Shown here piece after piece: positions 63,902 to 64,000 of a stretch of 64,000 nt of DNA. The notes beneath the pieces were generated by a model. It worked only from the letters and a program-made list of their open reading frames with translations. It made no database searches and was not told the origin of the DNA. This DNA comes from a virus, in IMG/VR virus record IMGVR_UViG_3300025892_000010; one strand, written 5' to 3'. Made by a program: the position numbers and the translations under genes. The number at the start of each line of letters is the position of its first letter. Positions within the stretch are counted from its first letter, which is position 1.

Positions 63902-64000
63902 TCTAATCCCATTCGTTTCCGAAATTCAGTCAAAGCGTTAGGCTCATCTGGCTCTTTAAGTTTTTCCGAGTCCGAAGAATCCGACGCTATACGTATAACA
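63898..64000 (-). CDS. 3' end of a hypothetical protein entering from outside the window (partial)
   Basis: Open frame ...SDSEKLKEPDEPNALTEFRKRMGLD-stop, converging on the oxygenase stop. Confidence 0.45.
   Translation of the reverse strand, partial: VIRIASDSSDSEKLKEPDEPNALTEFRKRMGLD

Noticed and set aside
1-64000. Stop-codon reassignment
   Set aside because: TAA, TAG and TGA all end genes and coding density is high under the standard code.

Overview
AT-rich (roughly one-third G+C by eye) 64-kb segment of a marine T4-like myovirus genome. Most of the window is the minus-strand late structural region: PAAR, gp25, gp6, gp7, a gp9/10-like fibre, gp8, a 2046-aa virion protein, several fibre proteins, three paralogous RCC1-repeat proteins, then gp13-gp20. 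Three accessory blocks sit inside it under T4-type late promoters (TATAAATA): a heme oxygenase plus ferredoxin-dependent bilin reductase (hemO-pcyX-like) cassette; a desaturase/GNAT/2OG-Fe(II) dioxygenase block; and an ~11-kb sugar-modification island (aminotransferase, radical SAM, carbamoyltransferase, two nitroreductase-fold proteins, methyltransferase, glycosyltransferases, epimerase). After ~60.5 kb come a sigma70-driven early cluster, tRNA-Arg(UCU), an IscA/HesB gene and more 2OG-Fe oxygenases. The low GC, the hemO-pcyX-type cassette and the absence of photosynthesis genes in this window suggest an alphaproteobacterial (SAR11-like) host; this is inference. The most notable finding is a complete glnA-type glutamine riboswitch (62231-62282, minus strand). 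It begins at the predicted +1 of a phage late promoter and is coupled through an anti-Shine-Dalgarno hairpin to a 51-aa basic protein. Other notable signals are symmetric back-to-back late promoters giving leaderless mRNAs, self-nested domains and intact type-1 copper sites in virion fibres, a shared ACACTATG start motif in five early genes, and apparent avoidance of GATC, CATG and ACWGT. All family assignments come from motif recognition by eye; no searches were run.
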